A stretch of 49,491 nt of DNA, filler included, from Streblomastix strix (taxonomy: Eukaryota): the NCBI GenBank assembly GCA_008636045.1. It is 3 parts of 3 records of this genome, joined end to end, with 100 filler letters (N's around TTAATTAATTAA, not from the genome) between each part and the next. Parts side by side here need not be neighbours in the genome. Positions count along the whole stretch, not along the records: positions 33,070 to 49,491 come from SNRW01000816.1; 2 more parts are not named here. One strand, written 5' to 3'. Position 1 is the stretch's first letter. Each line of letters starts with the position of its first letter. The notes under the pieces were generated by a model, which searched no databases, was not told the origin of the DNA, and worked only from the letters and a program-made list of their open reading frames with translations. The translations under genes and the position numbers were made by a program. Below, piece after piece: positions 37,813-49,491 of this stretch.

Positions 37813-39613
37813 CCGATCCTATTTTATTAATTACTGAATCACGGTGATGACCAAAAATTAATTCACAGTGCCCAAACTTTTTTTAGATGCAGCTTCGAAC
37901 TCAAAAGCTGGGAGACCACCCGATGAAGTGGAAGAAGAACGTAGAAGAGCCGAATTAAGTGAATTCGAGGAATAACTAAGCGAGATCGTTACGGATTTTC
38001 TTTACTTGGGAAGCATTAAAGTTGCAGCTAATCATGAATTATTAAAATAGAACAAAATTACACATATTATCAATTGCACAGGTGATGAGGGTCGAGCAGT
38101 CGCAAATCCTTCCCTCTTCAATTATCTTGATATATATTTGTCTGATTCTCCAAACGAAGACATAGTACCACGTTTTCCATTCATAGTTGCATATGTTGAT
38201 AACATTTTGAACTCACATAATGAATAAAAACCACGATTTTTATTTCATTGCATGTAGGGTGTCTCTCGATCGGCTTCAATGCTGATGGCGTATCTTATGT
38301 ATAAGAATTAATGGACATATGAATAAACTCTATAATATGTATAGGACAGAAGAAGGATAGTCAGCCCAAACATCGGATTTGCAGCGTAACTAAAAATTTG
38401 GGAATAAACAGTGTCGAATCAGAAATAAGAAGAACACCCAGAACCTACCGTTACCCCACTCACTTCACAATTTACTTCAAATGAATAGCAATAGTCATCA
38501 AATCCAACATTAAATCAAAATGATATCATCAATAAAAACACAAACGAAATTAATCAAACTCACATCATAAATAAAAACTCTCAAAATATCAATACATCAA
38601 CTCCTATAAAACAAGTAATAGTAAATAATGCACCATTTGAAGACGATATGGGATTTGATCAACAATTCTAACTAACAAATGATAGTTTTTATGATGAGTT
38701 AGATGTAGAATCTGCATATGATCTCCTTTTCACTTCAACAACACCTCCTCCTATAGACATAGAATAGTAATTATAATATATAGATAATATTAATATAGAA
38801 ATTAATAATAAAGCGAAGCAAGATATTAATTCAAAATCTTAAGATATTTCAAATAATAGTAATTAGAATAATACTCAAAATATAGGAATATAGAAAGATA
38901 AATAAAATTCTAATATTAAATAGGTAGGTTCAAATACAGCAATTCCTTTATTAATACCAAGAGTACCTCAGACAGTTACATTTTCCCTATTGTAGAATAA
39001 TGATTCAGATAAAATAGAATAATCAGAAAGATAAAGTGATTCAACTAGCAGATAAGATGGAGATATAACTAGTAGTAGATTGGATATATCAAACAGTAAT
39101 AGAGGAGATTAAAGTACGTCATAAAGAGGTAATAGAAATGGTAGAAGAAGAAGAAAACGCAATAGAAATAAAACAAATTAATAAAATATTGATGGAGATA
39201 CTATTCATAACGATGAAAATATAGAATTAGATAAAAAAGATAATAATATTGAAAATAATATTGTGAAACATGGTGATTCTAGTCATAGGTCTGTTAAGAG
39301 CAGCCATAGATCACATAGATCTGATAGAAGTAGCCATAAAATGAGATTTCAAACATTAGAATAACGTGTAGCAGGAGATAAAGGCAAGATTGAAGGATAA
39401 GGAGGTAGAATAGAAGAGGATATTATAGATGATGATAGTGACTTAGGTGGATGGAGTAGCTGTGGTGACAGTGGATTTGGAGATAGTGATATATCTAATG
39501 AAAGTGGTGATGATCAGAAAGGATAAATAAAAGATGATAATGATGCTTCAAGGAAATAGAGACATAACAGTGGAATAACTCAAGGAGGTAGTGATAGTTA
39601 TAGTGAAAGATGA
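37813..39613 (+). CDS. Dual-specificity protein phosphatase with long low-complexity tail (further 5' exons likely from ~37318)
   Basis: SEIVTDFLYLGS, ITHIINCT, FIHCMQGVSRSASMLMAYLM (HCx5R), RRIVSPNIGFAAQL. Confidence 0.9.
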
Positions 39614-39737
39614 TATTTAATTATTCGTAATTTGCTTTTATTTTTTAGCTTCCATATTTTATTGATTTAAATAAGTAACTTTTAATCGACATAATTAAAA
39701 AATAAAAATAAATTGATTAAATTTTACAATATTTTAC

Positions 39738-42700
39738 TCAATTGTTTTAACATCGAGCTCTGTGCCTCTTAGCTAATAGGTCAACGACTCTAATTTTAAT
39801 CATTCCAATTGTTGGGCGAGAATTTGGGTCACGTTATAGAATGAATCGTAATAGATCTTCCAGTCTGGGTTCATCAGCTTCTGCCAATCTCTTCCTCTTT
39901 GCACCAGATAGAATATCCATATCTTATCTTATGATCCTCTCTTAGAACATTCCATTGTCTCCATCGTGGAACAGATAATATCCAGTCACCAATTCATATA
40001 GCAGACAACCAAGGGACCATGCATCACTTTTCTTATCTGCACCAACATACAGACGTCTATCATATGTTGGAGCTTCCACGTGCATCTATTTAGCTGCATT
40101 AATCATCTCAGGTGATTTCACACATTCTGTTCCTTTATCTACACGTGCATATGATTCATTTTCTGTTGCATATAGAGCACTCTCTCCAAAGTCACATACA
40201 GTTACAATGAATGGCAATGGAGGATAAATTGTTGTCCTTGCTGCTCTTTAAGCAACTTTTAATGCAGTATTATTACTTGGTATTAATAAAACTATTTATG
40301 AAGGTAAATTCATAAAATTATTTTCATTATTAGAGTTATTATTATTCTATAGTATTTATTGTTAATTTTCCATTAAGACAGTTGGATGCATATATATTTC
40401 TGGATCTGGATCCCAAAATGTTTGATGGGCAGTGAATGCACTATTTTGAGTCATTAAAATAGTAGAGTCTTTAGGAGGAATACATAGTCCATTCATTGGC
40501 CCACATGGATATGTATTATTATTAATATTATTAGACTTACTATTTTCTTTATTAATATTAATTTCATTAATCTTTGTACTTTACATGCTATTCTTTTTCT
40601 ATCTATTTTAATTGAAATGATCCAGAATAAACTAACTTTTTTAGCCAAGTAGAATATTAGCACATTTCAAATCGTAATGATTAATGTGATATGAATGAAT
40701 AGAATCAACTGCTTCAACAACTTCCAAGAATATTCTTAAATATAAATCAACCATCATAGAAAGAGGAATTGTTGGATATATTCTTCCTCCTCCATCTTTT
40801 TCATCAGCTTTTCTTAAAGTTTTTCTAAACATTCCACTTTTCAGATCTTTCTTTCCTAAAATAGATCTAATCTTCCTTATTTGATTTGATTATAGTTTTT
40901 TACTTTGCTGCTAATCAATTTTTTCCATTCTTTATATGTTATCTTTTTCTCTATTACTATTACTATTACTATCAAATGAAAAATTAGGAATAATTTATGA
41001 ATTTGGTGTGTGTTACATGTGCTATTAATTTATCATTGCATTTTTATTTTCTTCGCTTATTAAATTCAATTCATGATTACTTTCTGATCTATTTCTATGA
41101 TGTTTACTTTAATGTTGACTTGATTAAATGGATAAGGTACTACTTGCTCTTTCAACTTACTAAGAATGAGATCGATTATGCTATTTTGTACTTGATGAGT
41201 GTTATCTGCTTAAATGTTATTTCTTATTGTTTTTATTAATATGTCTATTAGAAGAATAATTATCAACAAATTCATCTTTTTCTTCATCTTCCTGTTAAAT
41301 TGGTTATTCTTCATCATCAAAATGATCAAAGTAGCAATCTGGCTCAAATTATAACATTCTTTACCTCCACTCACTTAAATTGCATTCATATTATTTCTAT
41401 ACAACATAATAATGTTCAGAATCAACTCCACAGTCTAAATAAATACTTGCACTTTCATATAATTCTTTTCTTAATCTGGCTAATATGCAAACCTCACTGA
41501 ATAAATTAATTAATTTACAAGGATCAAATATCGTTTTTGAAATTTCTACTGTTTTAATAGCTAAATAATATTTGCTATCTTTAGAAGATAATTATATATT
41601 ACAATCATCTTTCTTTTCCTATTCTATACTTTTTTATTCAATATATCCACAGCATCCACATTGATTATTATTAATTGATGATAAATTACCAACAATTCCA
41701 CAATTTAAGCATCTAGGAACATGACTGGCCAATTAGAGTATTTGTTGTATTGATTCTTAATTATGACATTAGCATGTTGGTAAGAACGATTATTAATTAT
41801 TAGTAAATGAATATTAACTAAATAGTCCAATTGGTCCTCTTTCATTATAATAATCTAATTGAGATGCAAATAATTATGCTTATTATTAAGTTAATTCTAC
41901 TGATTTAATTGTCCCAAAACCACCTTTACCAATTTCAACACTTTTATTATATAGACTCTGAGGAAATAAGAATAATGATGAAAATTTTACTAATAACAAC
42001 ATTGTTTATCCCAATTAACTGCAATGAGACGAAAGAGAATGAACTAATTCTGGGAGAATATTCTTATTTCTTATATTTGATAAATGATGATATAACAAGA
42101 ATAATACATTAGTCTTACCAGATGACTAATGATCTATTTCTGAATATAATGAATCAAGTGTGCCTCTACCAGTGACAAGCAACGAAAGAAGTAATATCAA
42201 CATATTACAATGAAGATCGTCATTCCAATATAAAGGTCTCTGTTCTCTTAATAGTTCATACAAAAATATTTGTTTATTTGAAAATTAAACAAGACCTTAT
42301 TTCTATTTCTGAAATAAATCTTAATTAATATTATTTCCTTATTATTACTACTGCTTAATTAATTCATCTTCATATTTGAATATAGATCTATCAGAAAGTG
42401 TTGGAGATTTAATTTATCTTTTTGAATGGCTAATCTTTTAATGAGAAGGAGACTAGATAATTAACCTTTCTGGAGGAAGAGGTGGTAATTATCGATGTTT
42501 ATTCATTGAAATTGGAAGATATTATTCCTTATCTGTGGATTGAATTTATTAGTCATTTAATTAATATTATGCAATATTAGTTTATTTGCTACTATTTTTA
42601 TTTTGTTTGTGGTGATGATGCTTATGATGGTGCTTATGATGATGCTTATATGATGAAGATTCTTTAATATTATATGTTGATTCTTTTTTATTTCTATTAT

Positions 42701-45700
42701 CTCTTTAATTATTATTAATAATTATTTCTTTCTCTTCTTCTTCACCATCTTTTCTATAATGACGTTTGTGTGAATGTTAATGACTATTAGAATGATAATG
42801 ATTGTGGTTATTATGGTTATAGTGGTTGTAATGACTATGTTTGTGGTGAGTATGAGCAGAAGAATCAAAATTCTTTCTTTTTCCAGTTTCATTCTCACTC
42901 TCACTGTCAGAATGGCTTTAAATTGTGCTTCTACTACTTGATCTTTCCATTTTCTTATTTCTCTATCTTTTACTACGTTAGTTATTTTTTTCAATTATAT
43001 TTATATCTTACTAATGTTAATTTCTTTTCTTATCATTTTATGTAATATTTTCATTTTAAGGCGATTCATATAAATCTTATGATTATATATTATTTGCATT
43101 ATTATCAATTACATCTTAATTTTATATTATTTTACTATTCTTACTGTTAATGTCTATATTACTTAATAATTATTTAATTTATTCTCCTTTTATATTATCT
43201 TTTTCATTTATATTTAATTAACTATATTACTATATTGAATTTTTAAATTACTATAGTTATTAATTCTGTTTTATTTCAGTAAATGAATATGATTAATCTT
43301 CCTTATTATCTCCCTCACTTAATATCATTACACTCACAAGTTCATTATTCATATTAATATTTTATTCATCTTCATCTTCAGTTTCTTTAACTTTCTTTTT
43401 CTTATATTTCTTAATTATTTTCAACTTTTTCTTTTTCTTCTTTTTCTAAAGTTTTGAAACATTTTCCATACTAGATAAATCTTATTCTTACTCACATTCT
43501 TATATTTAATCTAAAGAAGTTCTTTAAGAATTAATATTATCTAATTCTTATTCTTATTCTTATCCTATTTGTTATTGTTATAATAACTGTTGTTACTTCA
43601 ATTTTAATAAAGTTGATTATTATCCACCACCTTTCAACATACTAGCAGAAACAGTCAGTTTAGGAACAGATATTACTGATATTCCTACATCTGGAGCTTA
43701 AAAAACTTCTGATAACTCATCATAATCTGATTAAACATCACGCGAGCTTGAATGAGAATGCTAATGAGATTAAGAAGATGAATGTAAGCTACTAATAGAG
43801 TCATCAACTTTGTCTAATTATTCATTATTATCTTCAATATAATCTTTTCTATCAGTATAATGAGTACTATCTTTAGTAATACCCCCATCTTCATAATCAT
43901 CTAAAAAGTCTTCATTTTCATTTTTATATCTTTCTACTTATTATTATTCTTGAATTCTTTTTTCATCTTCATTTTTATTTTCCAAAATATTATCATCTTA
44001 TTATCGATCTGAATCCCATCCAAAATTATTTGAATTTTATATTTCACTTTATTCGGATATTTATTATTGTTAACTTACATTTTATTCACTTGATATTTAA
44101 ACTAAATTTTATTCTTTTAATTCTTCATTGTTATCTTCTTCATTCTATACTATCTTAATTTATTAATTTTATTTATTCATTTTTTATTTATTTTTATCTT
44201 TATTATTAATTCTTACTCTTGGAGTACTATCTTACCACATTCCTCCTTTTAACCTTAATAATTCATCATTTTGTTCATTGGCATCATTATCGTTAATTTA
44301 TTCTTAGTCTTCTTATTATTATACTTATCCTTCCTTTATTTTTATTTTCTTTTTCTTCTTTTTCTTTAATTTTTTAACTTTCTTTCTTTTTGTATTTTGT
44401 TAAGAAATAAATTCTTAATTCTATTCTGTTTCATTTTCATCGTATTCTTCTTCTTATTACTATAATTTTATATTGCTCAAATCAATATTCATATCAACTT
44501 TCAAATCTACTAATTTCTCATTATTATTCTATGAAATAATATTATCATCTTATGCTCTTGCTATAATAATTTTATTTGTATCTTTTACAGTTTTATGCGC
44601 GGTTTACTATATATTATTCTATAACATACTTTATTATTATTAAAATAAAGAATGTTATAATGAAGAATTAATTAATGGTGATGGAATTTATTATTCTAAT
44701 TATTAATATTATTATTAAGTTATATTTAATTCAGCTGGCAATTTATTTTTCAAAGAAATTAATTTTGGTTATATTTTTGTTCTTATTGGTTTATTGGAGT
44801 ATATTTATTATTGTATCTTAGATTGAATTTATTATTATTATTCTTATTGTAATTATTATTATGAAGGTATTTATTCGTTAATGTTTTACTTTCTATTCAA
44901 TTTTTTTGCTTTAATAATTTGTTTTTTATTCTGAGCCAAATTTAAGTTTAATTCTTATTATTACTACTTCTTATCATCTTATTAATCATCCCTATCTGTT
45001 AAATCCCACATAACACCTCCATAATTCACCTATTATTATTTTTATTATTGTTATTATAATAAATCTATATCTAACTATTATTAGACTTCTTTGTCCTAAT
45101 AATTATCTCTTTCAGTTTCATCCCATAATATACCTCCATAATTTATTTTCTTTATTTCTTTTTATTCCAATTATTTAGTAGGTAAAACAATTTTATTAAT
45201 TGCAATTTTATTTTTAATTTAATTTAAATCAACTTTTATATCTTCCTTGTTATTTTCTTATTCTTAATCCTATAATTATAATATTAATTAATGATTTCTT
45301 GATGATGGTTCAGAATTTATTAGTATTTTTATTTATTCAAGTTATTAATTATCAAATTAATTCTATTATTAATGTTCTTCTTATTTTATTTTATCTTAAT
45401 GCTATTGAAGTTAATTCATATTAGTAGCAGAGGATAAAACGTTTGCTGCAGGAATGTCAAACTAAACTTATTATTATCTTCTCCCACTTAATGATTTGAA
45501 TCTAAAGCTACTTGGTGTTTATTATTATAATTATTATTAAATTTCTTTTTATTATTCTCTAGATTATTTGATTTCTTATTTTCTAATAAAATTTTTATAT
45601 CTATCTTCAGATTCATTATCATTTTTATTATTAGTATTGCATCTTCTACCACTAGAACTTGAACTATAACTTATTTATTCTTAATTAACATCTTCTTTTT

Positions 45701-48700
45701 TAGATTCTTTTTCACTTATTCTTTCATTTCTTTTACTTTAATTAATTATTTCAATTTTATTATTTATTTTTAATGATGATAATGAAGATGAAGAAGAATT
45801 ACTATTTTTTCCACTTTTATTTCTTTATTATCTATTTTCTTTATCGTATTTAGTATGAGATGATTAATATTTGTGTATATATTCATATTAATGTTTATAA
45901 TCATATGAATGGGAAGTAGAAGTCTGAGAAGAAGAAGATATTGAATATGAAAATGGAGAAGTAGATTAAGAAATAGATGAGGATAACGAGGATGATATTG
46001 ATATGCTTCTTTTCCGATGATTAATTTTAATTTTTTATCTTAATTATTTCCTTTATTTATCTTTTCTACTCTTTCTTCTCTTTTCATTCATTATATTCTC
46101 TTTAAAATTCTTTTTATAATCCTTTCTGTTTAATCTACGTTCTTTTATTAATGAATAAGATGAGGAAGAAGAAGAAGAGGATGATGATGATGATGATGAT
46201 GAAGAATATGAAGAAGATGATGATTAAGAAGATGAATCATTCCAACTATAAGAAGACATTAAAGTCTCTGATGAAGATGAAATGAAAGATGATCTTTCTG
46301 AATCTGAATGGTTATTATTTGGCGAATGTAATAATTAAAGTTTATCTCTTCTTCTTTTTCCAGTAAAATATTCTTGATATTCTTAGTTCTAATCAACTCT
46401 ATTATTTTATACTTCTTAGTTTTATTCCATTTCTTAAATATCAATATTATAATCAATATTTTTTGGTGCAGTGGAAGGAATTGAAATTTATATAAGCGAT
46501 TAATTTGGAATAAATGGAGTATATAGTGATTAATATTATATTATTTCATTAAATTATTATTTTAATATGTTTTATTTGTTTTCATTATTGATTTAGCCTT
46601 AATTATTTTCTCTATTTGAATTAGAAGATGAATAAAGAGAATTGAGAAGAGTTTATTAATCTTTTTTATTTTATATTGAAATATTTAATGATTAATTAAT
46701 TTATTGTTTTAAATCTAATTTTTCTTTTTCTTATTGTTTTATTCTAAATCCAAGTTTAATTTATTGTTATCTAATTTATTATTACTAAGTATTATTAATA
46801 TTTATTTTTTCAATATTATTATATTAGATATTTAATAGTGGTAGTGATTATCCTTCAATAAATAATATATCTTCACTAGAAAGCTATTTAAACATTTATT
46901 TATTACTATTTATATCGTTTATATAATCATTATTATTCACAATATTATTATAATTATCATCTTGGAAATTTGCTTAATCTTGTTATAGCTATTACTGTTT
47001 GGTTAATTATTACTCTTCTTCATTCTAATATGAATTAAAAAAAGTAGAAATATAGTATTCTAAATTCAATTCTCTTGCAATAAATTCAACAATTTTTATT
47101 TCATTAAATCTTTATCTTATTAAATCATTTTCTTTGTTTATTGAAAAAGATAATAAAATACGTAAATGAAGACATACAATGTTATTTTGAATTGATAGAG
47201 GTAAAGAATCTTATAAATAGGAAGAAGAATAGGATGAATAATTAGGATCAGAAATTTATTAGTTATTTCTGTTGGAATTATTAGATTCTTTAATTAGTCG
47301 TTATTAGAAAAGATCTCCTTATTCTTCATCCTTATAAACCTAATTTTATTATATATTTTCATGTGTTTATTATTATTTCTCTTTTTATAATTATTATTCA
47401 AAATATGGCCTTCTCCAAAATGAATATATCTTAATAAATTAAATATAATGATATGTAATATAATATTATATATATTCTTATTTATTAATAAACGGATTAT
47501 TTGGAATTGAAAATAATTCAATGAGAAAATGGAGAATGGAGATTAATATATTTGAATTAATAAAATAATAGTGAGAAGAAGAATGCTATATTAAAGATAA
47601 TGATGATTAAGATGCAAATATAATGGGTAAGAAAGTTCTTTTCATTAATATATCTAATTAATTTTTATTATCTACCTATGTTTCATCTATTTCATTCATT
47701 TATTTATTTTATTATTCATTTGAATCCTAAAAATAACTAATAATTCTATTAATTATTCCAAATTATGGGCTTATTAAAAATATAAATTAGTTATAGGGCC
47801 ATTTAATTTCTTCATCAACTCTTCCTCCTGTATCTTCAAATTCATCACATTCCCCATCTTCTCCAATTATTTATTATTACTGCAAATCAAATTACATTTC
47901 ATTTTAGTCTCTTGAATTTATATTTTATTAATCAAACGCAGAAATAACATTTCCTTATATTTAATTCCATTATTATATTTGATAGAATAAATGCAATATT
48001 GATCTTAAAAATCTTATTATTGTAATTGATGGGTGAATATTATAAATGTCTAACTAAGATGAAAATAACTAAGATTAAATATTATCTTCATTTTCTTATT
48101 CATATTCCTTCTTATCTATTTATCTATCTGATATTTCTTCCTTTTTTCTCCTTTTCTGTCTCTTCCTAATATTCTTTCCCTTATTATTACATAAAGTTGG
48201 TTTAATATTATTGTATTCTTTGTTTGTAATAAATAATGGCGATAAGGAATATATTACTGATGAAAGAAATAATAATTAATTATTTTATTAGTTATTTTAT
48301 TAATTATTAATATTTAAATTCAAAGTATTATGAAAATTCTAATTGGTAAATTTTTCAATATCATCATTATCCGAGTTTTAATAAGTATTTTACTAATTAA
48401 ATTTTTATAATTAATCGTATTATTGTTTATTCATAATAGTAGGCGTAAGATTATAACCAGAAAGAAGTGGAACTAATGTATCAACTTTATTTAAATTAAT
48501 TTAATTATTATGTAAATTAAATATACTATTATCATTTCTACAGCTATTTGTTTATCTTTATGAACTATTCACACTTATTTAATGTGAATGCAAATTGATT
48601 ATGTTGTCTAAATTAATAATTGCATTTCCTTAACTTAAACTATGTTTATGATATAAATGAGTTGAATTAAGAGAAGAGTTGAGTGAAAGTTGATTTGAAG

Positions 48701-49490
48701 AAGAAGTATTAATTGTTTTATTTAATTATTATGTTTAATCTCTATAACTAGATTATTTCTGATCTATTCTTTATTATAATTAATTTTATCAAGCTGAAGT
48801 TATGATGGGATTATATTAAAGATTTGAATTCATTTATGATGATGTTTGCTATTGTTATTACTAATAAGTCAAATGTTAATTGGAGGGCAAATCTAATTAT
48901 ATTATTTATTATTTATTTATTTATTGTTATTCATTATTATTTTAAGTATTTACATTCATTAAAGGTGTAGTTGCTCTCTCAATATTTCTTCTACCACTAC
49001 CTTATTCAATTGATTATTATCCTAACCCTCTTCCACTGGTTATTATTCCTGGTATTTATGACGAATGTTGCTATTTTATTTATTACTATTATATGTTATA
49101 ATTATTCATTTGTACATTTGCACTTTCTCTTTAATAATTTAATTATTAATATTATTCATCTTTCCCTATCATCATTATTAAAATAAGATGAGCAGAGAAA
49201 TAATCATTGCAACCAAGTGCCAACTGAGTCAATACTTTTATTAATTAAATTACACATTACCACAGATAAGGATATTAAATATAAGAAAATGAAGCTATTT
49301 GAGATAGCCTAATTTTGTATTAGTAATAATCTTTCTGTTTATAACTATTATTATACAATTGATCATTTATATATGGATCTCTTTCTGATTATAATGCTGG
49401 AATCAAATTTAATTATAATTTATTAAATAATTTATTTGGTTATTTTTAACTTCTTGCTGAAGAAGGCAATGGTTATTAAACGTTCATATT
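39738..49490 (-). CDS. Giant Q/N-rich Ser/Thr protein kinase, 5'-partial, C-terminal kinase domain
   Basis: IGKGGFGTI, YLAIK, FSEVCIL, HYDLKCANILL, CDFGES, GTECVKSPE, SDAWSLGCLLYELVTG, DPNSRP. The open frame at the window end is in phase with the stop at 39738 (3251 codons). Confidence 0.88.
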
Positions 49491-49491
49491 T

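Noticed and set aside
40997..49186. Short track ORFs inside the kinase gene
   Set aside because: Antisense or off-frame by-products of the table-6 kinase ORF.

Overview
Very AT-rich eukaryotic DNA that only reads sensibly with TAA/TAG = Gln and TGA as the sole stop (translation table 6), so the supplied standard-code ORF track fragments or misses nearly all genes. The code, the GT-AG introns and the DIRS elements fit an oxymonad such as Streblomastix (inference). The window is three unlinked ~16.4 kb contigs joined by artificial N44-TTAATTAATTAA-N44 linkers. Contig 1 (1-16439) has a 12-exon hypothetical gene, a small membrane protein, one near-complete and two N-truncated Snf7/ESCRT-III genes (the short ones inside a ~1 kb duplication), a GC-rich foldable ~280 nt island, an array of TGTCGAATTCGACA palindromes and a DIRS tyrosine-recombinase retrotransposon. 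Contig 2 (16540-32969) starts with a long fold-back palindrome, followed by a ~10 kb intronless, decaying Polinton/Maverick-like virion module (putative major capsid protein, A32/FtsK-like packaging ATPase, fibre-like repeat protein, AT-hook protein; no PolB or integrase seen), then a DUS pseudogene and a second DIRS. Contig 3 (33070-49491) has an ARM-like protein, a polytopic membrane protein, a dual-specificity phosphatase and a giant (>3200 aa) Q/N-rich protein kinase. All family calls come from motif recognition by eye; no searches were run.
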